Part shown: one piece after another, positions 8,157 to 17,198 of the stretch | Layout: the number at the start of each line of letters is the position of its first letter | Numbering within the stretch: position 1 is the first letter of the stretch | Assembly (NCBI GenBank): GCA_018822885.1 | Contig: JAHJJA010000047.1 | Coordinates: 5,384 to 69,383 of the forward strand | Reading direction: 5' to 3' | Length of the DNA: 64,000 nt | Origin: Candidatus Omnitrophota bacterium | Lineage (GTDB): Bacteria > Omnitrophota > Gorgyraeia > Gygaellales > Profunditerraquicolaceae | The notes under the pieces: generated by a model | What the model was told of the DNA's origin: nothing | Seen by the model: the letters and a program-made list of their open reading frames with translations, nothing else | The model's database searches: none | Translations under genes and position numbers: made by a program

Positions 8157-9099
8157 TCTGATAGTAAGTTCTTCGCCTCATATAGCTTCTCATGACGCAA
8201 CGCCAAAGATCATGTGGTCTGTGTTCTTTGCGCTACTTCTTTCAGGGGCCGCAGGGGTGTTTATTTTTGGCATGCGGGCGCTTATGGTGATATTGGTCTC
8301 AATCGCCTCATGTGTTGCGACGGAATACTTGATCCAGAAGTTGCGCCGTAAAAAGATCACTATTAGCGACGGTTCAGCCGCTCTTACCGGGCTTTTGCTT
8401 GCCTATAATCTTTCTTCGACTGTGCCGCTTTGGATGCCGCTTGTTGGAGGATTTTTTGCCATAGCTATCTGTAAGCAGGCCTTTGGCGGGTTGGGAAGGA
8501 ATATATTCAATCCTGCTTTGGCTGCGCGGGCGTTTTTGCTTGCCTCATGGCCAAAACATATGACTGATTTCGCAAGGCCATTTACTTTAGATGCTATTAG
8601 CAGCGCAACGCCCCTTGCCTGTTTTAAACTCGGTAAAGTAAGCGGGATGGATGAGCTGGGGCTGTCTTACTGGGATATGTTTCTTGGTAAGAGAGGGGGA
8701 TGTTTGGGCGAGGTTTGCATAGTGGCTTTGTTGATCGCAGCCGTTTATTTATTATGGAAGAAATATATCTGGTGGCAGACGCCTTTGGGTTTTATACTTA
8801 CCGTCGGAGGCCTGAGTTGGGTCTTCGGGCAACAGGGTTTCTTAAAAGGCGATTTTCTTTTTAGTATACTTTCCGGAGGATTGATCCTGGGCGCATTTTT
8901 CATGGCTACGGATTATGTGACCTCGCCGTTGACAAAGCAAGGGCAGTTGGTATTTGGCGTGGGTTGCGGCCTGATTACATTTGTGATCCGCCGCTTTGGC
9001 GGCTATCCGGAAGGGGTCTCATATTCGATCCTGATAATGAATGCTGTTGTTCCTTTGATCGACAGGTATGTGCGCCCGAGAGTCTACGGAGTAAAATGA
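8146..9099 (+). CDS. rnfD: Rnf subunit D
   Basis: 317-aa polytopic membrane protein with SSPH and NPALAARAF motifs typical of RnfD/NqrB. Confidence 0.85.
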   Translation: MQNNLIVSSSPHIASHDATPKIMWSVFFALLLSGAAGVFIFGMRALMVILVSIASCVATEYLIQKLRRKKITISDGSAALTGLLLAYNLSSTVPLWMPLVGGFFAIAICKQAFGGLGRNIFNPALAARAFLLASWPKHMTDFARPFTLDAISSATPLACFKLGKVSGMDELGLSYWDMFLGKRGGCLGEVCIVALLIAAVYLLWKKYIWWQTPLGFILTVGGLSWVFGQQGFLKGDFLFSILSGGLILGAFFMATDYVTSPLTKQGQLVFGVGCGLITFVIRRFGGYPEGVSYSILIMNAVVPLIDRYVRPRVYGVK

Positions 9100-9722
9100 A
9101 GACGCTGATAAAAGAATTTACTAAAGGCATCACTATCGAGAACCCTACCTTTGGGTTAATATTAGGATTGTGCCCTACGCTTGCGGTTTCTACATCTCTG
9201 ATCAATGCTCTAGGCATGGGGGTGGCAGCTACATTTGTGCTGGTCGGTTCAAATACAATTATTTCTTTGGTGAGGCGTCTTATTCCGGGCCGCATCCGCC
9301 TTCCGGCTTTTATTGTCATAATCGCTACTTTTGTTACCATCTGTGAATTGGCTATGAAGGCTTATTTGCCGGCGCTGGATTCGGCTTTGGGGATATTCGT
9401 TCCCCTGATCGTGGTCAACTGTATAATCCTGGCCCGGGCAGAGGCATTTGCCTCTAAGAATAAAGTCTTACCATCTATCCTCGATGGGTTAGGTATGGGG
9501 GTTGGTTTTACAATCGGTTTAAGTGTAATCGCTTTGATCCGAGAGATCTTAGGGGCTGGCAGTATTGCCGGTATAAAGATACTGCCTGGTTTTGAGCCGG
9601 TGGCCATGATGATCCTTGCTCCTGGAGCATTATTAACTCTGGGTTTATTGATCGGGCTTACTAATTTATTAAGGAATTTACGCGGTAAGCCCAATCTTAG
9701 CAGAAAAGGAGGCTGTTGTTAA
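9096..9722 (+). CDS. rnfE: Rnf subunit E
   Basis: ATG at 9096 overlaps the rnfD stop (ATGA). MKTLIKEFTKGI...NPTFGLILGLCP matches the RnfE/NqrD family. Confidence 0.85.
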   Translation: MKTLIKEFTKGITIENPTFGLILGLCPTLAVSTSLINALGMGVAATFVLVGSNTIISLVRRLIPGRIRLPAFIVIIATFVTICELAMKAYLPALDSALGIFVPLIVVNCIILARAEAFASKNKVLPSILDGLGMGVGFTIGLSVIALIREILGAGSIAGIKILPGFEPVAMMILAPGALLTLGLLIGLTNLLRNLRGKPNLSRKGGCC

Positions 9723-10330
9723 TGGACCTAGGTAAGATTATTGCTATCGCAATAAGCATGATCTTTGTCAATAACTTCATCCTTTCTAAATTTCTCGGGC
9801 TCTGCCCATTCTTAGGGGTTTCAAAGGAAAGTAAGCCAGCGCTTTCAATGGGCGCGGCTGTTATTTTTGTCATGACTTGTTCCTCGATAATGACCTGGCT
9901 GATCTATAATTATCTGCTTCTGCCGTTTAATATAGGATATTTAAGAACAATAACTTTTATCCTTGTAATAGCGGCCTTTGTGCAGTTTATAGAGATGGTC
10001 ATACGCAAATATTCCAATGTTTTATACAGGAGCCTTGGTATTTACCTTCCCCTGATTACCACTAATTGCGCTGTGCTGGGAGTCACCATACTCAATATCA
10101 ATAATTTCTATTCAGGCGGCAAGGCTGTCAAGGCGAGTTTTATTTATTCCACATTCCAGGCATTTTTCGCGGGTGTCGGTTTTCTTGTCGCGCTTATACT
10201 TATGTCAGGTATAAGAGAGCGCCTTGAATTGTCGGATGTGCCTGAAAGCCTTAAAGGAATACCGATAGCTTTTATCGTAGCATCTCTGATGAGTTTGGCG
10301 TTTATGGGATTTAGCGGATTCTCCCGCTAA
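9722..10330 (+). CDS. rnfA: Rnf subunit A
   Basis: ATG at 9722 overlaps the rnfE TAA (TAATG) and follows an AAAGGAGG RBS. RnfA/NqrE-like six-TM protein (FLGLCPFLGVS). Confidence 0.85.
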   Translation: MDLGKIIAIAISMIFVNNFILSKFLGLCPFLGVSKESKPALSMGAAVIFVMTCSSIMTWLIYNYLLLPFNIGYLRTITFILVIAAFVQFIEMVIRKYSNVLYRSLGIYLPLITTNCAVLGVTILNINNFYSGGKAVKASFIYSTFQAFFAGVGFLVALILMSGIRERLELSDVPESLKGIPIAFIVASLMSLAFMGFSGFSR

Positions 10331-10355
10331 TCTAATTAATTAGCTTAGCGGGAGA
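10320..10355 (+). promoter_or_regulatory. Inverted repeat / palindrome at the rnfA-rnfB junction overlapping the rnfB Shine-Dalgarno
   Basis: TCTCCCGCTAA (10320-10330) pairs with TTAGCGGGAGA (10345-10355) around the perfect palindrome CTAATTAATTAG. An alternative pairing TTAGCGG (10311-10317)/CCGCTAA lies inside the rnfA 3' end. The 3' arm contains GGAGA, the rnfB RBS. Confidence 0.35.
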
Positions 10356-10364
10356 ATTTTAAGT

Positions 10365-11156
10365 ATGAACATCTTAATACCGATATTGACTTTGGGTGTT
10401 TTGGGCCTGCTGTTTGGGGTCGGTCTGGCTTTGGCAGCGAAAAAATTCTGCGTTGAGACAGACCCTCGCCTGGATAAAGTCTATGCTAAGCTTCCCGGGG
10501 CTAATTGCGGCGCCTGCGGAATGCCGGGGTGTATGGGTTTTGCCGAAGGCTTGATCCAGGGCTCTTGTTCAGTCGAACACTGCGTTGTATGCAGCGAGGA
10601 GGCCCGGGAGGCGATCGCGAAGATCCTTGGCGCAGGGGCCAAAGCGAATGTAAAAAAAATAGCCGTTCTTTACTGTTACGGTGGCAATAAGAGAGTGAAG
10701 GATAAATTTGTTTACTCTGGAATCAAAAACTGCGCCGCCGCAAATATTATTATGGGGGGCCAGAAGGCATGTTTTTATGGTTGTATTGGTTTGGGCGATT
10801 GCGTCAAGGTTTGTCCTTTTGGGGCGATTACAATGTCAGAAGAGGACTTACCGATCGTAGATGAAGCTAAATGCAAAGCTTGCAATAAATGCGTTTTGAC
10901 TTGCCCAAAGAAATTATTCAGCCTCGTCCCGGTGACTGGTAAGGTTTTTGTCGCCTGCAGCTCGCATGATCCGGGCAAGGATACTAAGGCGGCCTGTTCT
11001 GTAGGATGTATTGCTTGCGGTTTGTGTGTCAAGGCCTGCAAATTTGACGCCATAAAAGTGGTTGATAATTTAGCAGTAATAGATTACCATAAATGTACGT
11101 CATGCGGGGAGTGCGTAAAGGCTTGCCCCATGAAGACAATACGTGTCAGGGCGTAG
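10365..11156 (+). CDS. rnfB: Rnf subunit B (polyferredoxin)
   Basis: N-terminal TM helix, CGACGMPGC motif and multiple CxxCxxCxxxCP ferredoxin motifs. Confidence 0.85.
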   Translation: MNILIPILTLGVLGLLFGVGLALAAKKFCVETDPRLDKVYAKLPGANCGACGMPGCMGFAEGLIQGSCSVEHCVVCSEEAREAIAKILGAGAKANVKKIAVLYCYGGNKRVKDKFVYSGIKNCAAANIIMGGQKACFYGCIGLGDCVKVCPFGAITMSEEDLPIVDEAKCKACNKCVLTCPKKLFSLVPVTGKVFVACSSHDPGKDTKAACSVGCIACGLCVKACKFDAIKVVDNLAVIDYHKCTSCGECVKACPMKTIRVRA

Positions 11157-11189
11157 TTAGCAGGGAGGCGCCCTAAGAGTGGGATAGGC

Positions 11190-11813
11190 ATGGAAAGGAA
11201 GGTCGGGGTGAATATAGCGGTAATGGCTTCAGGCCGCGGCACGAATTTCGCGGCGATTATCAGGGCGGTAAAACAAGGTAAGATCAAAGCTAATTTAGCT
11301 TTGTTAGTTTCTGATCAGCCCGGAGCAGGCGCGATCGCCAAGGCAAAGCGCGCAAATGTTAAAGTCGCGCTGGTAAAAAGAGGTGATTTCGCCGGGAAAA
11401 AAGAGTTTGAAGCCAGGATCATTCAACATTTAGAAGAAAATAAAATCGGTTTGATCGTGATGGCGGGGTTTATGCGCATGCTTAGCCCGGGATTTGTCAG
11501 GCGTTTTAAAAATAAGATCCTCAATATCCATCCGGCGCTACTTCCTTCCTTTAAAGGCGCGCACGCGATAAAGGACGCCTTTGAGTACGGCGTAAAGGCC
11601 ACAGGAGTGACTGTGCATTTTGTCGATGAAGAGATGGATCACGGCCCAATAATCTTACAGTGCCCGCTTGAAATAAAAGAGGATGATTCTTTAGAATCCT
11701 TAGAGGCAAAGATCCATAAGATCGAGCACAGGCTTTATCCGCAAGCTATCCGATTGTTTGTCGAAGGAAGGTTAAAGATATTTAAAAGGAAAGTCAAGAT
11801 CGCTAGTCGCTAG
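11190..11813 (+). CDS. purN: Phosphoribosylglycinamide formyltransferase
   Basis: NIAVMASGRGTNF...NIHPALLPSFKG...HFVDEEMDHGPII match PurN motifs. Confidence 0.85.
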   Translation: MERKVGVNIAVMASGRGTNFAAIIRAVKQGKIKANLALLVSDQPGAGAIAKAKRANVKVALVKRGDFAGKKEFEARIIQHLEENKIGLIVMAGFMRMLSPGFVRRFKNKILNIHPALLPSFKGAHAIKDAFEYGVKATGVTVHFVDEEMDHGPIILQCPLEIKEDDSLESLEAKIHKIEHRLYPQAIRLFVEGRLKIFKRKVKIASR

Positions 11814-12687
11814 ATTTCTCCCAGACTGCCGCGTTGTTTAAGATAAGTGTATTTTTGGTAAGCAGGTTCCTGAATTCAAATTCCCTAAAATCTTTAAAAC
11901 CGTAAGCCCTTATTGTAGAAGAAGCGATATTCAGTATTTCTTTATCCGTTTCCGCGTTATAATCCACTTCTGGTTTCTGAAATTTTAATTTTATCCGGTA
12001 TTCAATCTGACGCGCGATGAATTCCGGCATAGTTATTTCTTTGTAGTCGATCTTGTCGCCCGTAGTATTATCGATAAAATCAGGAGATATTTCTGTCTCT
12101 TGGATAATCCTGTGTTGATATTCGGTCACAGACATAAGAGAGTAGGAAACTTTTTTTAGGTCCTGATAATAGGTCAGTTCTTTTATGGCGAAGCCGTATT
12201 TTATATCAGCGATGATCATACATATGAACTCCGGCTCTGATCCGGGGTTTTTTTGCATACTAAAGAGCACCCGGCGAATGACATTGCGCACCTGATACAT
12301 CTTTTCGGCAGCCTTTTTATCCAGGGTTACATCCTGGGATTGCTCTTTTTCCGGGACCTTTTTGATCAGGTATTCGATAGAAATCTGATAGCCTTTAGGC
12401 GTGGATTTGTTTTCTAAGATCTGAAACTTCTCCGTGAATTTTTCCGGTTTTTCAGCCTTGGTTACGATATTCTCAAGCGGCACGTATACCCACAGAGTGT
12501 TGCCTGTAAGGCGGCAGATCGCGTCGATATTATATTCGTTTTTGCAGATATTTTTTACTGAGAAAGCAATGGAAGTCTTCTGGAAGGATGGGGAAGTAGA
12601 AGATGTGCACCCGCTTAGGATGGCAATGATGAGTAAATTAAGGCTTGCTCTTGCCGAATTCCTTAAAGATAGCCTCAATTTCATCAT
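11803..12687 (-). CDS. Hypothetical lipoprotein
   Basis: Signal peptide with lipobox (LIIAILSGC). No recognisable domain. Confidence 0.5.
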   Translation of the reverse strand: MMKLRLSLRNSARASLNLLIIAILSGCTSSTSPSFQKTSIAFSVKNICKNEYNIDAICRLTGNTLWVYVPLENIVTKAEKPEKFTEKFQILENKSTPKGYQISIEYLIKKVPEKEQSQDVTLDKKAAEKMYQVRNVIRRVLFSMQKNPGSEPEFICMIIADIKYGFAIKELTYYQDLKKVSYSLMSVTEYQHRIIQETEISPDFIDNTTGDKIDYKEITMPEFIARQIEYRIKLKFQKPEVDYNAETDKEILNIASSTIRAYGFKDFREFEFRNLLTKNTLILNNAAVWEKSSD

Positions 12688-14350
12688 AGTTTAGCTCTTC
12701 TTTCAATACGAGTTCATTGGCTAATTTGTCCATCAACGGTATATCTTTTTTTAATAGTTCCGTAACTTCGTCAAGGCAGGTCTTCATTATGTGCTGGACG
12801 TCATTATCAAGGCGCATTTTTGTCTCTTCGGAAATAAGGACATTGCCTCCGAATCGTTTGTAGAAATCTAAAGCGTGAAAATCACCGATTAATCCGGATT
12901 TGCCCATTCCTATGCGCCAAACCATATTGTGAGCCGTATAGAGGGCGTTTGCAAAATCTCCTCCTACGCCGGAAGTGGTGTAGCCGAATTTGATCTTCTC
13001 GGCCGCGTAAGAACCAAGGCTTATTTTAATATCGGTAAGCAACTGGTTTTGATTTTCAATGAAAACCTCCTCTTTTTCCGGCACCCAGGTGACTCCTCCG
13101 GTTTGGCCGCGCGGAGTGATCGTGATTTTAAAAACATCTTTACTTGGGGCTAATAGATATGTGATGATTGCATGCCCCGCTTCGTGATAAGCGATCTGTT
13201 GTTTTTCTTTTTCACTCAATTTTATTCTGCGTTTTATCCCGAGAGCGATTCTTTCGCGCGCGTCATCGATCTCTTTCATGGTCATAAAAGTTTTTCCGTT
13301 ACGCACAGAAATGAGGGCAGCTTCTCTTACAATATTAGAAATATCAGCCGGGCTGTTTCCTACGGTGATCCTTGCCAGGCGGTCTAATTTGACGCTCTCG
13401 GCGTCATATTGTACTTTTCTAAGATAGTAGGCAAACAGCCTCTCGCGTTCTTCCAGGTTTGGTTTATCAACGTAAATCTTGCGATCGAATCTTCCGGGGC
13501 GCAGAAGCGCAGAGTCAAGATAGCTTTCTGCCATGTTTGTAGCCCCGATTATGATAATGTTCAGCTCCTTTTCTTTAAGGCCGTCCATTTCAACAAGCAG
13601 CTGGTTTAAGGTAGTATTTGTTTCTGTTTGCCCGCCGAATCCCACATTAGTACTTCTCTGCGCGCCGACGGCATCGATTTCATCGATAAAGATGATGCAG
13701 CCGCCTTTTAGCTCAGCAAGGTTTCCGGCTCTCTTAAAAAGGCTGCGGATACGCCCGGCTCCTACACCCACGAACATCTCTACAAATTCAGAACCTGACA
13801 TTGAAATAAACGGCAGGCCTGCTTCAGTAGCAATGGCTTTTGCCAGGTAAGTCTTTCCGCATCCCGGGGGACCAAGCATCAATATGCCTCTTAGGATCTT
13901 TCCTCCGATTTTCTGTAGTTCTGCGCGGTCTTTGACCAGGCTTACAACCTCCAGAGCTTCCTGCTTTGCCTCATCCATGCCGATGACATCATTCCATTTA
14001 ATGCCTAATTCTTCCCCGGAAACAGATTTTTTGCTGACTTGGGTAAATGACTGGCCACCTCTTTTGTAGAACATCCAGTACATCATAAAGGTGTAAACTG
14101 CTCCCTGGATGAGCCCGACGATGATCCAGATGAATATTTGCAGGGGGTAGGTGGCTAGCTGTGATTGGCGAAGGTAGGATTCCGATTCGTTCCAGGCGCG
14201 GATGCCGTTTATGATGATGAAAATAAGGCCGATAAAAAGCCCTGAACCAAGGGTGATCAGGATTATGCGGATCCAGTATAGCCGCCAGTAGAACTTGAGA
14301 GTCTTCCAATTCATACTTAAGAAAATATCACAACCTCCCCGATTAGTCAA
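12638..14350 (-). CDS. ftsH: ATP-dependent zinc metalloprotease FtsH
   Basis: Two N-terminal TM segments, AAA+ Walker A GPPGCGKT, SRH region, HEAGHA zinc-binding motif. Confidence 0.85.
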   Translation of the reverse strand: MTNRGGCDIFLSMNWKTLKFYWRLYWIRIILITLGSGLFIGLIFIIINGIRAWNESESYLRQSQLATYPLQIFIWIIVGLIQGAVYTFMMYWMFYKRGGQSFTQVSKKSVSGEELGIKWNDVIGMDEAKQEALEVVSLVKDRAELQKIGGKILRGILMLGPPGCGKTYLAKAIATEAGLPFISMSGSEFVEMFVGVGAGRIRSLFKRAGNLAELKGGCIIFIDEIDAVGAQRSTNVGFGGQTETNTTLNQLLVEMDGLKEKELNIIIIGATNMAESYLDSALLRPGRFDRKIYVDKPNLEERERLFAYYLRKVQYDAESVKLDRLARITVGNSPADISNIVREAALISVRNGKTFMTMKEIDDARERIALGIKRRIKLSEKEKQQIAYHEAGHAIITYLLAPSKDVFKITITPRGQTGGVTWVPEKEEVFIENQNQLLTDIKISLGSYAAEKIKFGYTTSGVGGDFANALYTAHNMVWRIGMGKSGLIGDFHALDFYKRFGGNVLISEETKMRLDNDVQHIMKTCLDEVTELLKKDIPLMDKLANELVLKEELNYDEIEAIFKEFGKSKP

Positions 14351-14703
14351 ACCTTATTTGCTTTCATGCTTTTGTTTCATTTGTTTTAGGTTTTCGCTTC
14401 CGGCACAAAATTTTTTGCCGTCTGCTTCGGTTTACGCACTCGCTCTCGGATAGCCTCTCCCAACATTGGGGACCTTCGCTCGCCGTAATCCCTCGCAGAC
14501 CTGTTCCTAATAAGACGATGGCAAAAAATTCAATGTGCCGTCAGCAAAAGCGCTAAAACAAATCAAAAGAATATACCCAAAAGGCATTTCTAAGAAATAT
14601 ATTGCGACAAATAAGGTTGTTTTTCTTGACTAAATTTTTTTGGCGTGTATAATTGTATCCTATTGTTTAACTACAAATTTAAGCCCCCAATTCTATCGGA
14701 TGA

Positions 14704-15999
<1,296 letters not shown>

Positions 16000-16002
16000 T
16001 GA

Positions 16003-16290
16003 ATGCTATCGATACTAAGAAAAGCATTTTGGCTCTTTGGGATTACCGTACTTCTTCTGATCCTCTTTTTGCCGGGTTATACTAAGCTTCAGGAATTAAG
16101 AGACCGTAACCAAGATTTACAAGGAAGGATCAAGAACCTGCACGTGGAGAATGCCTTGCTGCAGGAGGAGCTCAACCGCATCCAGAATGATCCTGTTTAT
16201 CTGGAGAAACTGGCCCGTGAGAAGATGGGCGTAGTGCGCAAGGGCGAGATCCCGATAAAGATGATACCGGAAAAAAAGAAGAAGAGATAG
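16003..16290 (+). CDS. ftsB: Septum formation initiator FtsB/DivIC-like
   Basis: 95 aa with an N-terminal TM helix followed by a coiled coil (LQELRDRNQDLQGRIKNLHVENALLQEELNRIQ). The position after eno is conserved in many bacteria. Confidence 0.6.
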   Translation: MLSILRKAFWLFGITVLLLILFLPGYTKLQELRDRNQDLQGRIKNLHVENALLQEELNRIQNDPVYLEKLAREKMGVVRKGEIPIKMIPEKKKKR

Positions 16291-16400
16291 TTGAAACCAA
16301 TTGTTCTTTATCAAAATTAGGGTATAATCAGCAATAGCGAATGAAATTTTAGAGGCGAAGCCAAGGGACTGTTATAAGATTTCGCTAAGGAAAATAAATT

Positions 16401-16735
16401 CGCGGGGTGGAGCAGCCTGGTAGCTCGCAAGGCTCAATGTCTCGCCTATACATGTATGGGCGTACGATGGGCTATTCAGCCGGTAACGGCTGAAGGATAG
16501 TCGGTCAAATTCGGTGAAGCCCGAAAGGGTAATACCGAGCCAAGCCTGCGCAGTTTTGCTTTGCAAAACGAAGCAGCACAGGAAGGTGTAGAGACTAAAC
16601 GGCCGAGACCCTTCTTAAGGAAGGGCCAAGATATAGTCCAGACTACGAATTTGCCAGAGTAGCGGCAAAGCGGCGAAAGCCGAAGTAGTATGCATAACCT
16701 TGAGGTCATGCGTTCAAATCGCATCCCCGCAACCA
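16401..16735 (+). tRNA. Initiator tRNA-fMet (CAT) interrupted by a group I intron in the anticodon loop
   Basis: Exon 1 (16401-16434) is CGCGGGGTGGAGCAGCCTGGTAGCTCGCAAGGCT, with C1 mispaired against A72, A11:U24 and the D arm of bacterial initiator tRNA. Exon 2 (16693-16735) supplies CATAA, CCTTG, AGGTC, the T arm ATGCG-TTCAAAT-CGCAT, CCCCGCA, discriminator A and CCA. Mature loop would be CUCAUAA. Confidence 0.8.
16435..16692 (+). ncRNA. Group I intron (IC3-like), 258 nt, no ORF
   Basis: It follows exon U33 and ends in G. It contains P7-P8-P7'-like AGACTAAACGGCC...CCCTTCTTAAGGAAGGG...GGCCAAGATATAGTCC. It also contains GTCAAATTCGGTGAAGCC, CCGAGCCAAGC and GAAGGTGTAGAGACTA, which I recognise from the Azoarcus tRNA-Ile and cyanobacterial tRNA introns. 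Many GNRA-type hairpins are present. Confidence 0.7.
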
Positions 16736-16777
16736 ATTTAGACTCCATTAAAGATAATCAAAGCATGGAGGGGACAC

Positions 16778-17137
16778 ATGAAAATATTACTATCGCTTTT
16801 TGTTTTTTTGTTTTTGGCCGGATGCGCCACAGCTCCCAAAGAAGATAAGGGGTGCGGGGGTGTTGAGGTTAAGAAAGTCCAGGTCCAAGAGAAACGTGTA
16901 ATCGTTATTTCAGAGCAGGATAAAACAGGGCTTAGGGATTCTATTGCGGTATTTACCGAGCAAATAGAAAAAAAGCCTTTGAGCCCCGAAGCTTATTATA
17001 ACCGCGCAAAGGCGTATTTTTTCCTGAAGGAATACGATAAGAGTTGGCAGGATATTGAAAAGTCCAAGTCTTTGGGTTATGTTGTAGAGCCGGGTTTTCT
17101 TGTAAAACTGCAAGAGGCGTCGGGAACCAAGCAGTAA
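16778..17137 (+). CDS. Hypothetical lipoprotein (TPR-like C-terminus)
   Basis: Signal peptide plus lipobox (FLAGC). Short helical repeat region. Confidence 0.5.
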   Translation: MKILLSLFVFLFLAGCATAPKEDKGCGGVEVKKVQVQEKRVIVISEQDKTGLRDSIAVFTEQIEKKPLSPEAYYNRAKAYFFLKEYDKSWQDIEKSKSLGYVVEPGFLVKLQEASGTKQ

Positions 17138-17160
17138 TAATCAAGCCAAATGATTTTATG

Positions 17161-17190
17161 ATCCCGCCAATTCTCTTGGCGGGATTTTTT
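17161..17190 (+). terminator. Rho-independent terminator
   Basis: ATCCCGCCAA-ttctc-TTGGCGGGAT followed by TTTTTT. Confidence 0.75.
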
Positions 17191-17198
17191 CTATCCAT

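Noticed and set aside
16393-16735. A ~340-nt structured RNA with a TTCAAAT T-arm and an encoded CCA end looked like tmRNA (ssrA). RNase P, SRP and 6S RNA were also considered.
   Set aside because: No tag-peptide reading frame ending in AA-stop exists in any frame. The 5' end is not GGGG with G3:U70. The 5' 34 nt and 3' 43 nt instead reconstruct an initiator tRNA-fMet exactly. The middle carries group I intron core motifs (P7 AGACUA/UAGUC, terminal G). No RNase P, SRP or 6S consensus blocks are present.
16372-16748. Minus-strand ORFs 16372..16566 and 16476..16748 from the ORF track
   Set aside because: They lie entirely antisense to the tRNA-fMet/intron RNA gene. They have no RBS and are the expected spurious frames of a GC-rich structured RNA.
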